From positions 1 through 64,000 of IMG/VR virus record IMGVR_UViG_3300045988_175441: DNA of 64,000 bases. One strand, 5' to 3'. Below, one piece after another: positions 50,568 through 59,175 of the stretch (within the stretch, counting starts at the first letter, position 1; each line of letters begins with the position of its first letter). The notes below the pieces were generated by a model, which searched no databases, had not been told where the DNA came from, and worked only from the letters and a program-made list of their open reading frames with translations. This DNA is from a virus. The position numbers and the translations under genes are program-made.

Positions 50568-51932
50568 ATGATTTTAAGAGGGGAAGAAGTGATAGAACTC
50601 CGTCCTTGGCAAAAGTCGGCTCTAGTTCGCAGTAGAAGGGAGATAGACGGTATTTTCCTTGAAGCACTAGGTGGACGTGGTAAGACAATCGCAACAATGG
50701 CGATCATTCAGGAGAAGAAAGCAGAGCGTGTTCTAATCTTGAATAACAAGACAGCCATACTCAATGGTTGGGAGAAGGACGCTCAGGAGCTAAATTTGGG
50801 CTATCCTGTCGCTTTTACGGTCAAAACCGACAAATGGTTAAGGTCGAAAGCGAACGCTCTTAGAGAAGCCGAGAAGGGGCTTAAAACGCTTCGTAAAAAA
50901 ATAGGGGTACGAAAACTCTATAGACAGAATCCAAAGTATGTAGAACTTAGCGAGAACGTGAAGCAGTTGAAAGCAGAGTTGGACTATGATGTACTTGTCA
51001 TAGATGAATGGCAGGATATGTGTAGTAATCAGACCTGTAAGGACTATCTACATATCCAGAGAAAGTACACTATCGGCTTATCTGCAACACCTATCAGGCG
51101 CAAAGGGGAGAACTTTTACCCCCTTGAAAAGACCTTCTTCAAGACGCAAGAACCGTCCAATAGACAGGAATGGCTCTTAAAGTGGGGAACACTAGTCTAT
51201 GATTCTTATTCTGCAATGAAAGCAAAGTGGAAGGATTTTGCAGACTACGAGAGCTATATTGCTCAACTAGATAACCGTGGCAATTTTATGTGTTGCGAGG
51301 AGATCGAGAACATAGAGCAAGCTGTATTAAACAATGGCTTTGCAAAGGAGCTTTACCTAAAGCGTGTTTCAATCCCTGAGAAGAACAAAGAAAAGCTGAA
51401 AAGTTTTAAAAAGTTCAACGTCTTAGGAGTAGATGGCGATTATGTCATGGGTAAAGGCTCTATGTCTAACAAGCATACCGAACGCTTGCTGAGACAAGCA
51501 GAGGTTGTTATTGAAGATGGCAAGCTGATCGTAGATGACACTAAGATTAGTCCTGTAATGGAAATGGCAGGTGGAATGTTAGAGAGGTCATTTAACCGAA
51601 AAGAGGGGCTGAAAGGTGGCGTGGTTGTCGTTTGTGAAAGCAAGAGAGTAGCAAAGGCAATGTATGAACACTTTAAAGGCAATTCTCTTGGGCTATGGAC
51701 TGGCGATAAGCAGATAGACCACTTGAACAGCGCTAACTTAATTGCTACAGCAAAGGTCATGGGAACTGGTGTAGATGGATTGCAGTATCGCTTTGATACT
51801 ATGATTGTACTTGATCCAAAACAAGAAGGAAGTGGAGAGTACAATGATTATAGACAGTTGCAATGGCGTATCTCAGGGGCAAGACAACAACACAAAGTGA
51901 ACATTGTTGAAGTGGTTTTCGTAGAGGAATAA
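50568..51932 (+). CDS. SF2 helicase (DEAD/ResIII-like N domain plus helicase C domain) (454 aa)
   Basis: Motif I ALGGRGKT, motif II VIDEWQD, motif III LSATP, motif V GTGVDG, motif VI QLQWRISGARQ. Confidence 0.75.
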   Translation: MILRGEEVIELRPWQKSALVRSRREIDGIFLEALGGRGKTIATMAIIQEKKAERVLILNNKTAILNGWEKDAQELNLGYPVAFTVKTDKWLRSKANALREAEKGLKTLRKKIGVRKLYRQNPKYVELSENVKQLKAELDYDVLVIDEWQDMCSNQTCKDYLHIQRKYTIGLSATPIRRKGENFYPLEKTFFKTQEPSNRQEWLLKWGTLVYDSYSAMKAKWKDFADYESYIAQLDNRGNFMCCEEIENIEQAVLNNGFAKELYLKRVSIPEKNKEKLKSFKKFNVLGVDGDYVMGKGSMSNKHTERLLRQAEVVIEDGKLIVDDTKISPVMEMAGGMLERSFNRKEGLKGGVVVVCESKRVAKAMYEHFKGNSLGLWTGDKQIDHLNSANLIATAKVMGTGVDGLQYRFDTMIVLDPKQEGSGEYNDYRQLQWRISGARQQHKVNIVEVVFVEE

Positions 51933-51935
51933 ATT

Positions 51936-52502
51936 ATGGGGATAAAAGAGATAGTTCAAAGAATTTTTAAGAAGGAAGCAAAAGTGCATATTCTTCTTGA
52001 TATTGACGGAGTGCTTAACACAAACAAAGAGCCTACTGGCTATTACAAAATTATTTCACACCCTTGGGGAAGGTGGACTGTAAGGACAGATGTTTTGGAT
52101 TGGGTAAAAGAACTTTCAAGCATGGATAATGTTCAAGTCCATTGGGTATCAACTTGGGAAGATGAAAGCAATATTATCAATAAGTACCTAAATATCAAGG
52201 AGTTTCATTGTTTTAAAGTTAATGGAACGGTAGTAGAAGGGAAATTAAAAGCAATTAAGGAACAACTAGCGACAGTCAAAGGGAAAACAATTATTGCAAT
52301 AGATGATGATTTGAACAGAAATCAGTTGCTATCTTTAACAGAGGAACAGAATGTTAATAAGTTGAGACAAGAGGTTACTAACCTTGCTTATCAAAATCAC
52401 AACGCTTTTTATGGAGTAGTTCCTGATAGAAATATTGGAATAAGTGACGAGGAAATGAAATTTGTTGGGGAAATTATAGAGCAGGAGTTGGCAAGAAGAT
52501 AG
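51936..52502 (+). CDS. HAD-superfamily phosphatase-like protein (188 aa)
   Basis: Motif I ILLDIDGVLNT, VSTWED, and AIDDD near the C-terminal third. Confidence 0.5.
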   Translation: MGIKEIVQRIFKKEAKVHILLDIDGVLNTNKEPTGYYKIISHPWGRWTVRTDVLDWVKELSSMDNVQVHWVSTWEDESNIINKYLNIKEFHCFKVNGTVVEGKLKAIKEQLATVKGKTIIAIDDDLNRNQLLSLTEEQNVNKLRQEVTNLAYQNHNAFYGVVPDRNIGISDEEMKFVGEIIEQELARR

Positions 52503-52506
52503 CTAT

Positions 52507-52544
52507 TTGAATTATTCAGAGGAACGGTGTATAATATAAATATG
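52507..52544 (+). promoter_or_regulatory. class-1-like promoter whose predicted +1 coincides with an ATG (leaderless mRNA candidate)
   Basis: TTGAAT (52507-52512), 17-nt spacer, TATAAT (52530-52535). The ATG at 52542 is 7 nt after the -10 and has no SD. Confidence 0.55.
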
Positions 52545-53165
52545 GGGAAAAGACAAGATGTGGTTGTCAATCGCTTGTATGAGCTTGTAAAATCAACCTC
52601 AAAACCCAGAATACCAATGGCAGAATCTTTGAGCCGATATAGTGGGCTAGATGTCGAACAGGTAAAAGATATAGCCATAGAAATCAATAAAGCACGCAGG
52701 ATAAACAGTTTACCCAACTACCGAATGGTAAGTATCTTACTACGAGTGCTTCCTGATGAAGATATAAGGTATCTTCTGAAATTGAATCGAGAAGCAAGGT
52801 ATGGGAATGAACAGAGAACTCCTGATGAAATGCTTGCGATTAGTATTTTTAGGAAAAGAATTAGTGGGCAGTTTAACCAGACCAGAAACGAAGTCTTTTC
52901 AGAACTGGTAAAAAAACACGCTGATCTAAATATCGTTCCTTGCGAGACGATATTAGACGAGCTAGAGGACTATTTTAACAATAGTGAAATGATAATTCTT
53001 AGAATGGTAGCAAGAGGTTACAACCCTAAAATAGAGGACGCAACAAACACTATAAGTCTGCTGAGTGCAGAGCATAGGCAACTTATGAGAGAAAACAGAA
53101 AGAAAGAAAGAGACAGGTTACTATATGAGTACGAAAGAAGAAGTAAAACAGAAAGTGAAAACTAG
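52542..53165 (+). CDS. hypothetical protein (207 aa)
   Basis: The ORF-track start at 52527 is the promoter read as MYNIN. Trimmed to the ATG at 52542. Confidence 0.55.
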   Translation: MGKRQDVVVNRLYELVKSTSKPRIPMAESLSRYSGLDVEQVKDIAIEINKARRINSLPNYRMVSILLRVLPDEDIRYLLKLNREARYGNEQRTPDEMLAISIFRKRISGQFNQTRNEVFSELVKKHADLNIVPCETILDELEDYFNNSEMIILRMVARGYNPKIEDATNTISLLSAEHRQLMRENRKKERDRLLYEYERRSKTESEN

Positions 53166-53604
53166 CTATAAATATCATCATATCACGAGACGATATTTGA
53201 AGCGCAACTATCAAAAGGTTCTTGAAATTCAACGCAGATACCGAGAAGCACACCCAGAAAAGTCGAGAGAGTGGCGTAGAGAAGCGCAACGTAGGTTCTA
53301 TCTGAAAAATAAGGATAAACCAGAGTATCAGGCAAGTAAATATTACAGCAACCAAAAAGGGAGCTTTAAACGCTATGTGTTGAATCACGCAGAGCAGGAA
53401 GAACTGAACCTTTTTCTATCCGTCTTGGAAGCTAAGAAGAAGAATGAAGCAGTCAAACGCCCTGTACTGATTGCCCTAGATGATAAAGAAGTTCAAAAAA
53501 TGCGAACGATAGCTTACCGTTTTATCTTTAAGAACGTAGAAGCAAAAGACTATAAGCAGGTTGAAGGCTTTATCCATGAAGCGCTAGAAAAACTAGAACG
53601 GTAA
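53125..53604 (+). CDS. hypothetical basic protein (159 aa)
   Basis: Intact ORF overlapping the upstream gene by 41 nt. Arg/Lys-rich. Confidence 0.55.
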   Translation: MSTKEEVKQKVKTSYKYHHITRRYLKRNYQKVLEIQRRYREAHPEKSREWRREAQRRFYLKNKDKPEYQASKYYSNQKGSFKRYVLNHAEQEELNLFLSVLEAKKKNEAVKRPVLIALDDKEVQKMRTIAYRFIFKNVEAKDYKQVEGFIHEALEKLER

Positions 53605-53607
53605 GGT

Positions 53608-53781
53608 ATGAAGTTCAAGCTCTTATTGTTACTAGTCAATGCAGGGGCAATGTATCTTGTTTATCTACATGAAAGCCCAGATAGAACCTTGCTTGGGTTA
53701 TCTATCTTATTTTCCACCTACATTTATCTGTTTGTCAGGTATTTGTTTTGCAGACCACAGAAAAACGCAAAGAGGAAATAA
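53608..53781 (+). CDS. unannotated 57-aa two-TM membrane peptide
   Basis: ATG follows TAAGGT. MKFKLLLLLVNAGAMYLVYL...LGLSILFSTYIYLFVRYLF. Followed by a terminator. Confidence 0.45.
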   Translation: MKFKLLLLLVNAGAMYLVYLHESPDRTLLGLSILFSTYIYLFVRYLFCRPQKNAKRK

Positions 53782-53788
53782 CCTCATG

Positions 53789-53813
53789 GAAGCCTATAAA
53801 GGCTTCTTTTTTT
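53789..53813 (+). terminator. intrinsic terminator
   Basis: GAAGCC / GGCTTC stem followed by T7. Confidence 0.75.
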
Positions 53814-53817
53814 GTAA

Positions 53818-53857
53818 ATGAGCCTGTTCACTAAACCAAGAAAAAAAGAGTTATACT
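53818..53857 (+). promoter_or_regulatory. class-3 promoter with dyad box ATGAGCCTGTTCAC
   Basis: Box at 53818-53831, 20 nt, then TATACTAGA (-10 at 53852-53857). Identical box and spacing to 29152-29191. Confidence 0.55.
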
Positions 53858-53890
53858 AGAGATAAATAAAAAAGACAAGGAGAAAGCAAT

Positions 53891-55417
53891 ATGGCTTTTG
53901 GGGAAAATATAGAAAAACTTAGCTCAATTACTTTAGAGTGTCATGATATGGATAGTGGTTCTAATTATGGAACAGGGATTGACGCTCCTGACGTGGAATT
54001 AAATGACGCAGACCTAGAAAAACTTGCTGATTGGTATGTGAAGCACTATGGCAATGGTTCAGTAACAGTCGAGGACGTGAAGGATCATGAATACGATAAC
54101 GAAATCAAGGAAATCATTGAACAGGCTATCCTAGATAATGCAACGGTTTATGATGAAAAAGCAAGAAAATACTACAACCAGACTGTAAAATCCTATTATG
54201 TAACATATTCTGCAAAAGTGAACTGTTCTTTTGAACTAAATGGCTTGAGCTTTAATATCAACTATGATGAAATTGAACGCAATTTTCCTTTTACTAAAGG
54301 TTTAGAGGACTATTCAGAAGTCCTAGAACTAGTTGAAAAAGACGAGCTAGACAACTTATTATCAGATGACGATAAGAACGAGTTGGAACAATTAAAAGTC
54401 CAGATTAAAGACAATTACTACTCAGTTGCAAGCCTTCCTGTAGAAATTGATTGGGAAATGTGTAAAGGCTATGCAAAAGAAGCAGGTGTAGCTGATGAAT
54501 ACCTGACAGAAGCAAACTTAAACCGTGCTTTGGAGCTTACTTTGCAAAATATTGCTCTTGAATACACTAAGATAGGGGATTGCTTTGTCCTTATCAAAGA
54601 CGGTTTGATCCATGTAGGAACAAACATTGTAGAATATGAAGATACAGCAGAAGAAGATATTGAAACGATTAGTAAATTGACTATAGAGAAAGACGACTTA
54701 GGAATTTATCGTCTGTATGTATCAGGAGAAATGCAGGACGAGTTGAACAAGGCTACAGAATACAAAGAAGTTATTACACGAATTTGGAGTTATGTAACAT
54801 GGTTTAAGCAGGAAAAAGCAAAAGCAGATACCTATATCCAAGAAATCAATGCAAAAATCAAGAATATCTTATCAAGCATTATGGAACGTATCTTGACTGT
54901 TGCAGAAGTTGAAAAAAACCAAGAATGGGTGGTTAAGAAACTAGACCTTGCAAACGAGTTAGAACAAGCAGTAAAAACTTACCTAACTGCTAAAAGGGAA
55001 ATGCGTCACGCGCTAGAAGATGATAGTTTGGAAAAATTAAAGGTAGATACAACAGCTATTGGGCTACTTAACCTAGACGCTTTAACAGGTGGATCTTTAA
55101 GAGTTGGAGTGGAATTTTTAACAAGCGTTTTGGGAGACCTAAAAGAAGCGAAAACGTCATTTTCTATGTTGCAGGTGGCAGAAATTTCCTTTGAAGAAGT
55201 GTTGAAGATGGAATCAGGAACTTGCTCATTGGTTCTAACAGAAATCAGTTCACAACTTAAAAAGCTACTAAGTGAACATAGCGAAAATGAAAAGATGGCG
55301 CAGGAAATCGAAGAAGCGCTTGCGCTTACTAAACAACCGAAAGTGATTACAGCAGAAGAAGAAATGGTGTCTGCATGGAATAAATATATTGGTTTGAAAA
55401 TGGAAGGGAAGGAATAA
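53891..55417 (+). CDS. hypothetical acidic protein (508 aa)
   Basis: Intact ORF with RBS CAAGGAGAAAGCAAT. No domain recognised. Confidence 0.7.
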   Translation: MAFGENIEKLSSITLECHDMDSGSNYGTGIDAPDVELNDADLEKLADWYVKHYGNGSVTVEDVKDHEYDNEIKEIIEQAILDNATVYDEKARKYYNQTVKSYYVTYSAKVNCSFELNGLSFNINYDEIERNFPFTKGLEDYSEVLELVEKDELDNLLSDDDKNELEQLKVQIKDNYYSVASLPVEIDWEMCKGYAKEAGVADEYLTEANLNRALELTLQNIALEYTKIGDCFVLIKDGLIHVGTNIVEYEDTAEEDIETISKLTIEKDDLGIYRLYVSGEMQDELNKATEYKEVITRIWSYVTWFKQEKAKADTYIQEINAKIKNILSSIMERILTVAEVEKNQEWVVKKLDLANELEQAVKTYLTAKREMRHALEDDSLEKLKVDTTAIGLLNLDALTGGSLRVGVEFLTSVLGDLKEAKTSFSMLQVAEISFEEVLKMESGTCSLVLTEISSQLKKLLSEHSENEKMAQEIEEALALTKQPKVITAEEEMVSAWNKYIGLKMEGKE

Positions 55418-55419
55418 TC

Positions 55420-55632
55420 ATGAGAGAAACGATTGAAGCTTTTTTGGAAGAAACCAAAAATCTTTCTGACGATACCTTGCTTGGAGAAAGAATCGGAACG
55501 GAATTTTATTGGAAGTACGGTAGAGCGACAAAATGCTTTTGGAGTTGGTATTTTGATAGCGATTGTGTAGTGACTATGAAACACCTACGCTATCTTGCTA
55601 ACTTGGAATTGAAGCTTCTAGACAAAGAATAA
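55420..55632 (+). CDS. hypothetical protein (70 aa)
   Basis: Intact ORF with RBS GGAAGGAATAATC. Confidence 0.55.
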   Translation: MRETIEAFLEETKNLSDDTLLGERIGTEFYWKYGRATKCFWSWYFDSDCVVTMKHLRYLANLELKLLDKE

Positions 55633-55640
55633 ATAGATAA

Positions 55641-55676
55641 CTCCCAGAGGAGCAGTTCCTTTGGGGTTTATTTTTA
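55641..55676 (+). terminator. intrinsic terminator
   Basis: CCCAGAGGA / TCCTTTGGG stem (one mismatch) followed by GTTTATTTTT. Confidence 0.6.
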
Positions 55677-55677
55677 G

Positions 55678-55775
55678 ACAACACGAAAAAATAATACATG
55701 AGTACAAAAAAATAATCAAAAAATCATAAAAAGTGTTGACAAAAGATAAAAAGAGTGTATAATATAAATATAAAA
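55678..55775 (+). promoter_or_regulatory. class-1 promoter module with two upstream operator copies
   Basis: Operators ACAACACGAAAAAATAATAC (55678-55697) and GTACAAAAAAATAATC (55702-55717). TTGACA (55736-55741), 16-nt spacer, TATAAT (55758-55763). Confidence 0.8.
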
Positions 55776-55800
55776 ACAATAGTTCATTAAGGAGAACAGA

Positions 55801-56133
55801 ATGATTAAATCAGTAAAACGATACATTAAGCGTAACCCCTACCAAGCAGGGCTTATCGCTTATAACTTAGGGGTGTTTGCATGGTTACAGACAAATGCAC
55901 ATATTTTGCTTATAAAAAACAATGTAACAATACCACCTTTTTTACAGGCTTATAGCGAAGAAACACTACGTTTTATCAGTACCTACACGCCTCTTTCATG
56001 GCTTGTTGGCTCAATGTTTTTAGCTTGGGCGTTTAAAGCTGTAGGAACGGTTGTAAAATGGATCATCACTATTGCCCTTATCTTTGTAGCTTACTACTTG
56101 TTGAAAAACTACAGAATTGCTATCTTTGGCTAG
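55801..56133 (+). CDS. membrane protein (110 aa)
   Basis: Three hydrophobic segments. RBS is TAAGGAGAACAGA. Confidence 0.6.
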   Translation: MIKSVKRYIKRNPYQAGLIAYNLGVFAWLQTNAHILLIKNNVTIPPFLQAYSEETLRFISTYTPLSWLVGSMFLAWAFKAVGTVVKWIITIALIFVAYYLLKNYRIAIFG

Positions 56134-56441
56134 AAAGAGAAAAATGGCAATGTTTCAACGCTTTGGAACATTACTTAAATCAACAAGGAATTGACCTTGA
56201 TAGTGTAGCAGATGATGAAATTGAAATGGACGATTCAGCAAGAATCTATGTTTTCTTAGAAGCAAATATAGAAGGAGTTGAAATCGTTAAGGAGAACATG
56301 AGGTATTTTGTTCCACTACTAGAATATAATGGGGAAGTTGATTATTTTCTCCAATGGATTGAATCAAGGTTCAGTTTTGATAAGTTCACTTGGAAAGATA
56401 AAGAGTATTATATCCTCATTGAGAAGGAAGATGACAAATGA
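56058..56441 (+). CDS. hypothetical acidic protein (start uncertain)
   Basis: The ORF is open from 56058 but overlaps the upstream gene by 76 nt, and no good SD was found for any in-frame start. Confidence 0.4.
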   Translation: MDHHYCPYLCSLLLVEKLQNCYLWLEREKWQCFNALEHYLNQQGIDLDSVADDEIEMDDSARIYVFLEANIEGVEIVKENMRYFVPLLEYNGEVDYFLQWIESRFSFDKFTWKDKEYYILIEKEDDK

Positions 56442-56968
56442 ATATTAGAAAGTTTAATAAAAAGTTCAAGTTGAAAGTGATAGATGTTGCAGGAGACTTT
56501 TTTGGGAAAAAGCATTATTACCACTTTGACACTTGGGAAGAAGTCCAGTTCTTTCTTCCCTTTGGTTATACAGAAGGCAAAAGGCAGATTGAAGTCACAG
56601 AGACAACGGTTGCTCCTGACGGTATGCAGACCTTTAGCAAAACCAAGGTCAAAACCTATGATATAGGCGAGCTGACCTTCATAGAGCAAGTAAATAATGT
56701 CCTTGGGCTGTTTGGGGAAGAACTAGTCATATCAGACAACACGGAGCAGTTTGGGGTTTTGCTGATTGACCTTCCTTCCAAGCTCATGAAGTACACTTAT
56801 GTTGCTAAGAGGATTATTGTGGGGCATACCTACTACTCAGCCCTTAGTTGTGATGATATTACCTTTATTGCAGAAGAAGGTAGTAGAGCTGTATTCACTC
56901 AGGAAGAAGTGGAGAATGATCCAATCCTTAGACGGTATTATTTCAAAGAGTTAAAGGGTATTGACTGA
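56438..56968 (+). CDS. hypothetical protein (176 aa)
   Basis: ATGA overlap with the upstream gene. Confidence 0.6.
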   Translation: MNIRKFNKKFKLKVIDVAGDFFGKKHYYHFDTWEEVQFFLPFGYTEGKRQIEVTETTVAPDGMQTFSKTKVKTYDIGELTFIEQVNNVLGLFGEELVISDNTEQFGVLLIDLPSKLMKYTYVAKRIIVGHTYYSALSCDDITFIAEEGSRAVFTQEEVENDPILRRYYFKELKGID

Positions 56969-57423
56969 TGAAGGATTTTGATTGGGTTATTGGAAAACAA
57001 GTAGGGGAGCTGACTATACTTAGTTATACACCCCCTTTAAAAGAGCTACGACACCAAAGAAACTGTACTTGTCTATGCAGTTGTGGAAAGCAGGTCGAAA
57101 AAAGGTTAAGTCGTGTTTTAGGAGAAGAAGTGAAGTCTTGTGGGCATTTACGTTCACAGGCAGGTAAGGACTTTTCAATCAACCTAGATCAGAATAAGGC
57201 TTACGAAGCAAGAACAAGTAAAGACAAGGCTATGTCGAACTCACAGACAGGGATAAGGAATATATCAAAGTCAAAAAATGGAGACGGATATAGGGTATAT
57301 CTCAGAAGGCATGGCAAACATTATCGTAAGAGAGCCAAAACCCTTTCAGAAGCTCTACTAGTCAAGAAAGAATTGATTAAACAAGCTGAGAGGGATTTTG
57401 GCGAGGTCATCTATAAAGACTAG
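56968..57423 (+). CDS. zinc-ribbon plus AP2-like DNA-binding domain protein (151 aa)
   Basis: A Cys cluster (CTCLCSCGK...SCGH) is followed by TGIRNISKSKNGDGYRVYLRRHGKHYRKRAKTLSEALLVKKEL, which fits the AP2 pattern. Confidence 0.5.
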   Translation: MKDFDWVIGKQVGELTILSYTPPLKELRHQRNCTCLCSCGKQVEKRLSRVLGEEVKSCGHLRSQAGKDFSINLDQNKAYEARTSKDKAMSNSQTGIRNISKSKNGDGYRVYLRRHGKHYRKRAKTLSEALLVKKELIKQAERDFGEVIYKD

Positions 57424-57440
57424 AACAGAATAAAGAGAAA

Positions 57441-57467
57441 GTCCTACAAAAAGTTAGGACTTTTTTA
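57441..57467 (+). terminator. intrinsic terminator
   Basis: GTCCTA / TAGGAC stem followed by T6. Confidence 0.7.
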
Positions 57468-57487
57468 TTAAAAAAAGATAAAAAGTG

Positions 57488-57530
57488 TTGACAAAGTATA
57501 GAAACAAGTGTATAATATAAGCATAAATAA
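57488..57530 (+). promoter_or_regulatory. class-1 promoter module (ssb)
   Basis: TTGACA (57488-57493), 17-nt spacer, TATAAT (57511-57516), followed by a ~100-nt leader. Confidence 0.8.
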
Positions 57531-57620
57531 ATTAAGGAAAAAACCTTTCTTGAAAATATCTTTATGGTTTTTGGCAGAAGTGCGAAAGCAAAAATGATAA
57601 AAAATAAAGGAGAATAAACT

Positions 57621-58088
57621 ATGGCAATCAATAGTGTAGTCCTAGTAGGACGTATGACAAAGGACGCAGAATTGCGTTATACACCTTCCAATGTGGCAGT
57701 CGCTACATTTACTCTTGCAGTAAATCGTCCATTTAAGAACCAAAATGGCGATCGTGAAGCTGACTTTATCAATGTGGTTATGTGGCGACAAAGTGCTGAA
57801 AACCTTGCAAATTGGGCTAAAAAAGGAGCGCTTATCGGTATTGAAGGGCGTATTCAAACACGCAACTATGACAATCAACAAGGTCAACGTGTTTATATAA
57901 CAGAAGTTCTAGCTGAGAGTTTTTCTCTTTTAGAAAGTCGCTCAGTTCGTGAAGGACAAGGACAAGGTGGATATTCTGCACCAAGCAACCAAGCGTCAAC
58001 GCAACCTACACCTGACTTTTCAAGACAAGAAAATCCTTTCGGACAAACAAATCCAATGGATATTTCAGATGATGATTTACCATTTTAA
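57621..58088 (+). CDS. ssb: single-stranded DNA-binding protein (155 aa)
   Basis: [22 protein letters not shown]...[13 protein letters not shown]-fold, Gly/Gln-rich linker and acidic tip DDDLPF. Confidence 0.96.
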   Translation: MAINSVVLVGRMTKDAELRYTPSNVAVATFTLAVNRPFKNQNGDREADFINVVMWRQSAENLANWAKKGALIGIEGRIQTRNYDNQQGQRVYITEVLAESFSLLESRSVREGQGQGGYSAPSNQASTQPTPDFSRQENPFGQTNPMDISDDDLPF

Positions 58089-58099
58089 TTAAGCGAAAA

Positions 58100-58133
58100 C
58101 CCTTGACTTCAAACAGTTCAAGGGCTTTCCTTT
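58100..58133 (+). terminator. weak terminator-like hairpin
   Basis: CCCTTGA / TCAAGGG stem followed by CTTTCCTTT. Confidence 0.35.
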
Positions 58134-58161
58134 AGAGTATTTTAGGGGGCATTATGAAACT

Positions 58162-58989
58162 ATGAAACTACGGTATGCTATCTGGGAACGATTAAAAAAG
58201 GCAAAAGAGGAGAAGGGGCTGACCTATCGTGAGTTATCAGAACGGACAGGTATCAGTCAGACAGCTCTTACAACTTTATTCTCAGTAAAACCAAACTGTA
58301 CGGTTGGAAGAATTATCAAGTTATGCAAGGCTTTAAACAGAGACTTGTCCTATGCGTTCGGAGAAGATACAGGAAAAGTTCTTGTCTATCCAGAAACAGA
58401 AAGAGAAGCGATCAACAATTTTTGGAAGCAGATTGATTCTTACTACTTGAACCCTAACGGACGCAAACATTACTCACGGAAGAAAGTCTATCGGTCAATG
58501 GGTAAGGCTTATTACAGGGCAGTAGGAGAAGATAATATCCATCTATCGCTTGACGTGGTGGAAAAATTCTCTAATCACTTGAAGATAAGTCCTTTGAACC
58601 TTATCTCAAAAACCTATAGCTTGGGTGGACGCTTGCACTTTAGGAAGCAAAACAGCCTAGTCTATCTACACTTACAGGACGGAAAGACAGATGTAGCAAC
58701 CTATATGATTGATGGCGACAATTCACGCTATAAAGTCGAAGATTGGCTCATGGGTATGCTTGCAGGAACAGGTGGACGAGTGCTGACCTTGACGGATATT
58801 AACGACAAGCAAAGTCAAGTTTGCCTAGAGTGGGGCGACAGTCTTATTCTACGCCTAGAAAAAAACGGTCAGGAGCTTTATTCTTACAAGTCAGAAAAAG
58901 ACAAGGCAAATGAACTACTAACAAAAATAAGCAGGAAGGAAAAAGGTTACGATTCATACTTGAACCTTTTAGAAGAAAAAGAAATATGA
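58162..58989 (+). CDS. XRE-type HTH protein with a ~200-aa C-terminal domain of unknown function (275 aa)
   Basis: LTYRELSERTGISQTALTTLF is an HTH. Confidence 0.6.
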   Translation: MKLRYAIWERLKKAKEEKGLTYRELSERTGISQTALTTLFSVKPNCTVGRIIKLCKALNRDLSYAFGEDTGKVLVYPETEREAINNFWKQIDSYYLNPNGRKHYSRKKVYRSMGKAYYRAVGEDNIHLSLDVVEKFSNHLKISPLNLISKTYSLGGRLHFRKQNSLVYLHLQDGKTDVATYMIDGDNSRYKVEDWLMGMLAGTGGRVLTLTDINDKQSQVCLEWGDSLILRLEKNGQELYSYKSEKDKANELLTKISRKEKGYDSYLNLLEEKEI

Positions 58990-59159
58990 AAGAAGAAAAT
59001 AGCAAGCTAGTATTTGCTATCATTGTGCTTGCGTCTCTACTACTTTCTGTTTATCTATCTGCTGTTGTGGTAGCTGTTGTAAAAGATGTATCAATTACAA
59101 CAGTTATCCATAATTGGCAGTCAGGAGCGCTTGATTTTTTGAAAAGCCTGATTGAGTAG
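58986..59159 (+). CDS. unannotated 57-aa single-TM membrane peptide
   Basis: ATGA overlap with the upstream stop. LVFAIIVLASLLLSVYLSAVVVAVV. Confidence 0.4.
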   Translation: MKEENSKLVFAIIVLASLLLSVYLSAVVVAVVKDVSITTVIHNWQSGALDFLKSLIE

Positions 59160-59175
59160 AAAGGAAAAAATATTT

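Noticed and set aside
53639-53821. 60-aa ORF on the plus strand (MQGQCILFIYMK...).
   Set aside because: It is out of frame with, and overlaps, the better supported 57-aa membrane-peptide ORF (53608-53781), which has an SD and ends just before the terminator.
29718-58088. Prophage or phage-plasmid interpretation, because of the DnaD-like Rep, RuvC-like resolvase, SSB, AP2-domain protein and HU.
   Set aside because: No terminase, portal, capsid, tail, holin or integrase candidates are present in the 64 kb. Iterons plus parA and transfer genes point to a plasmid.
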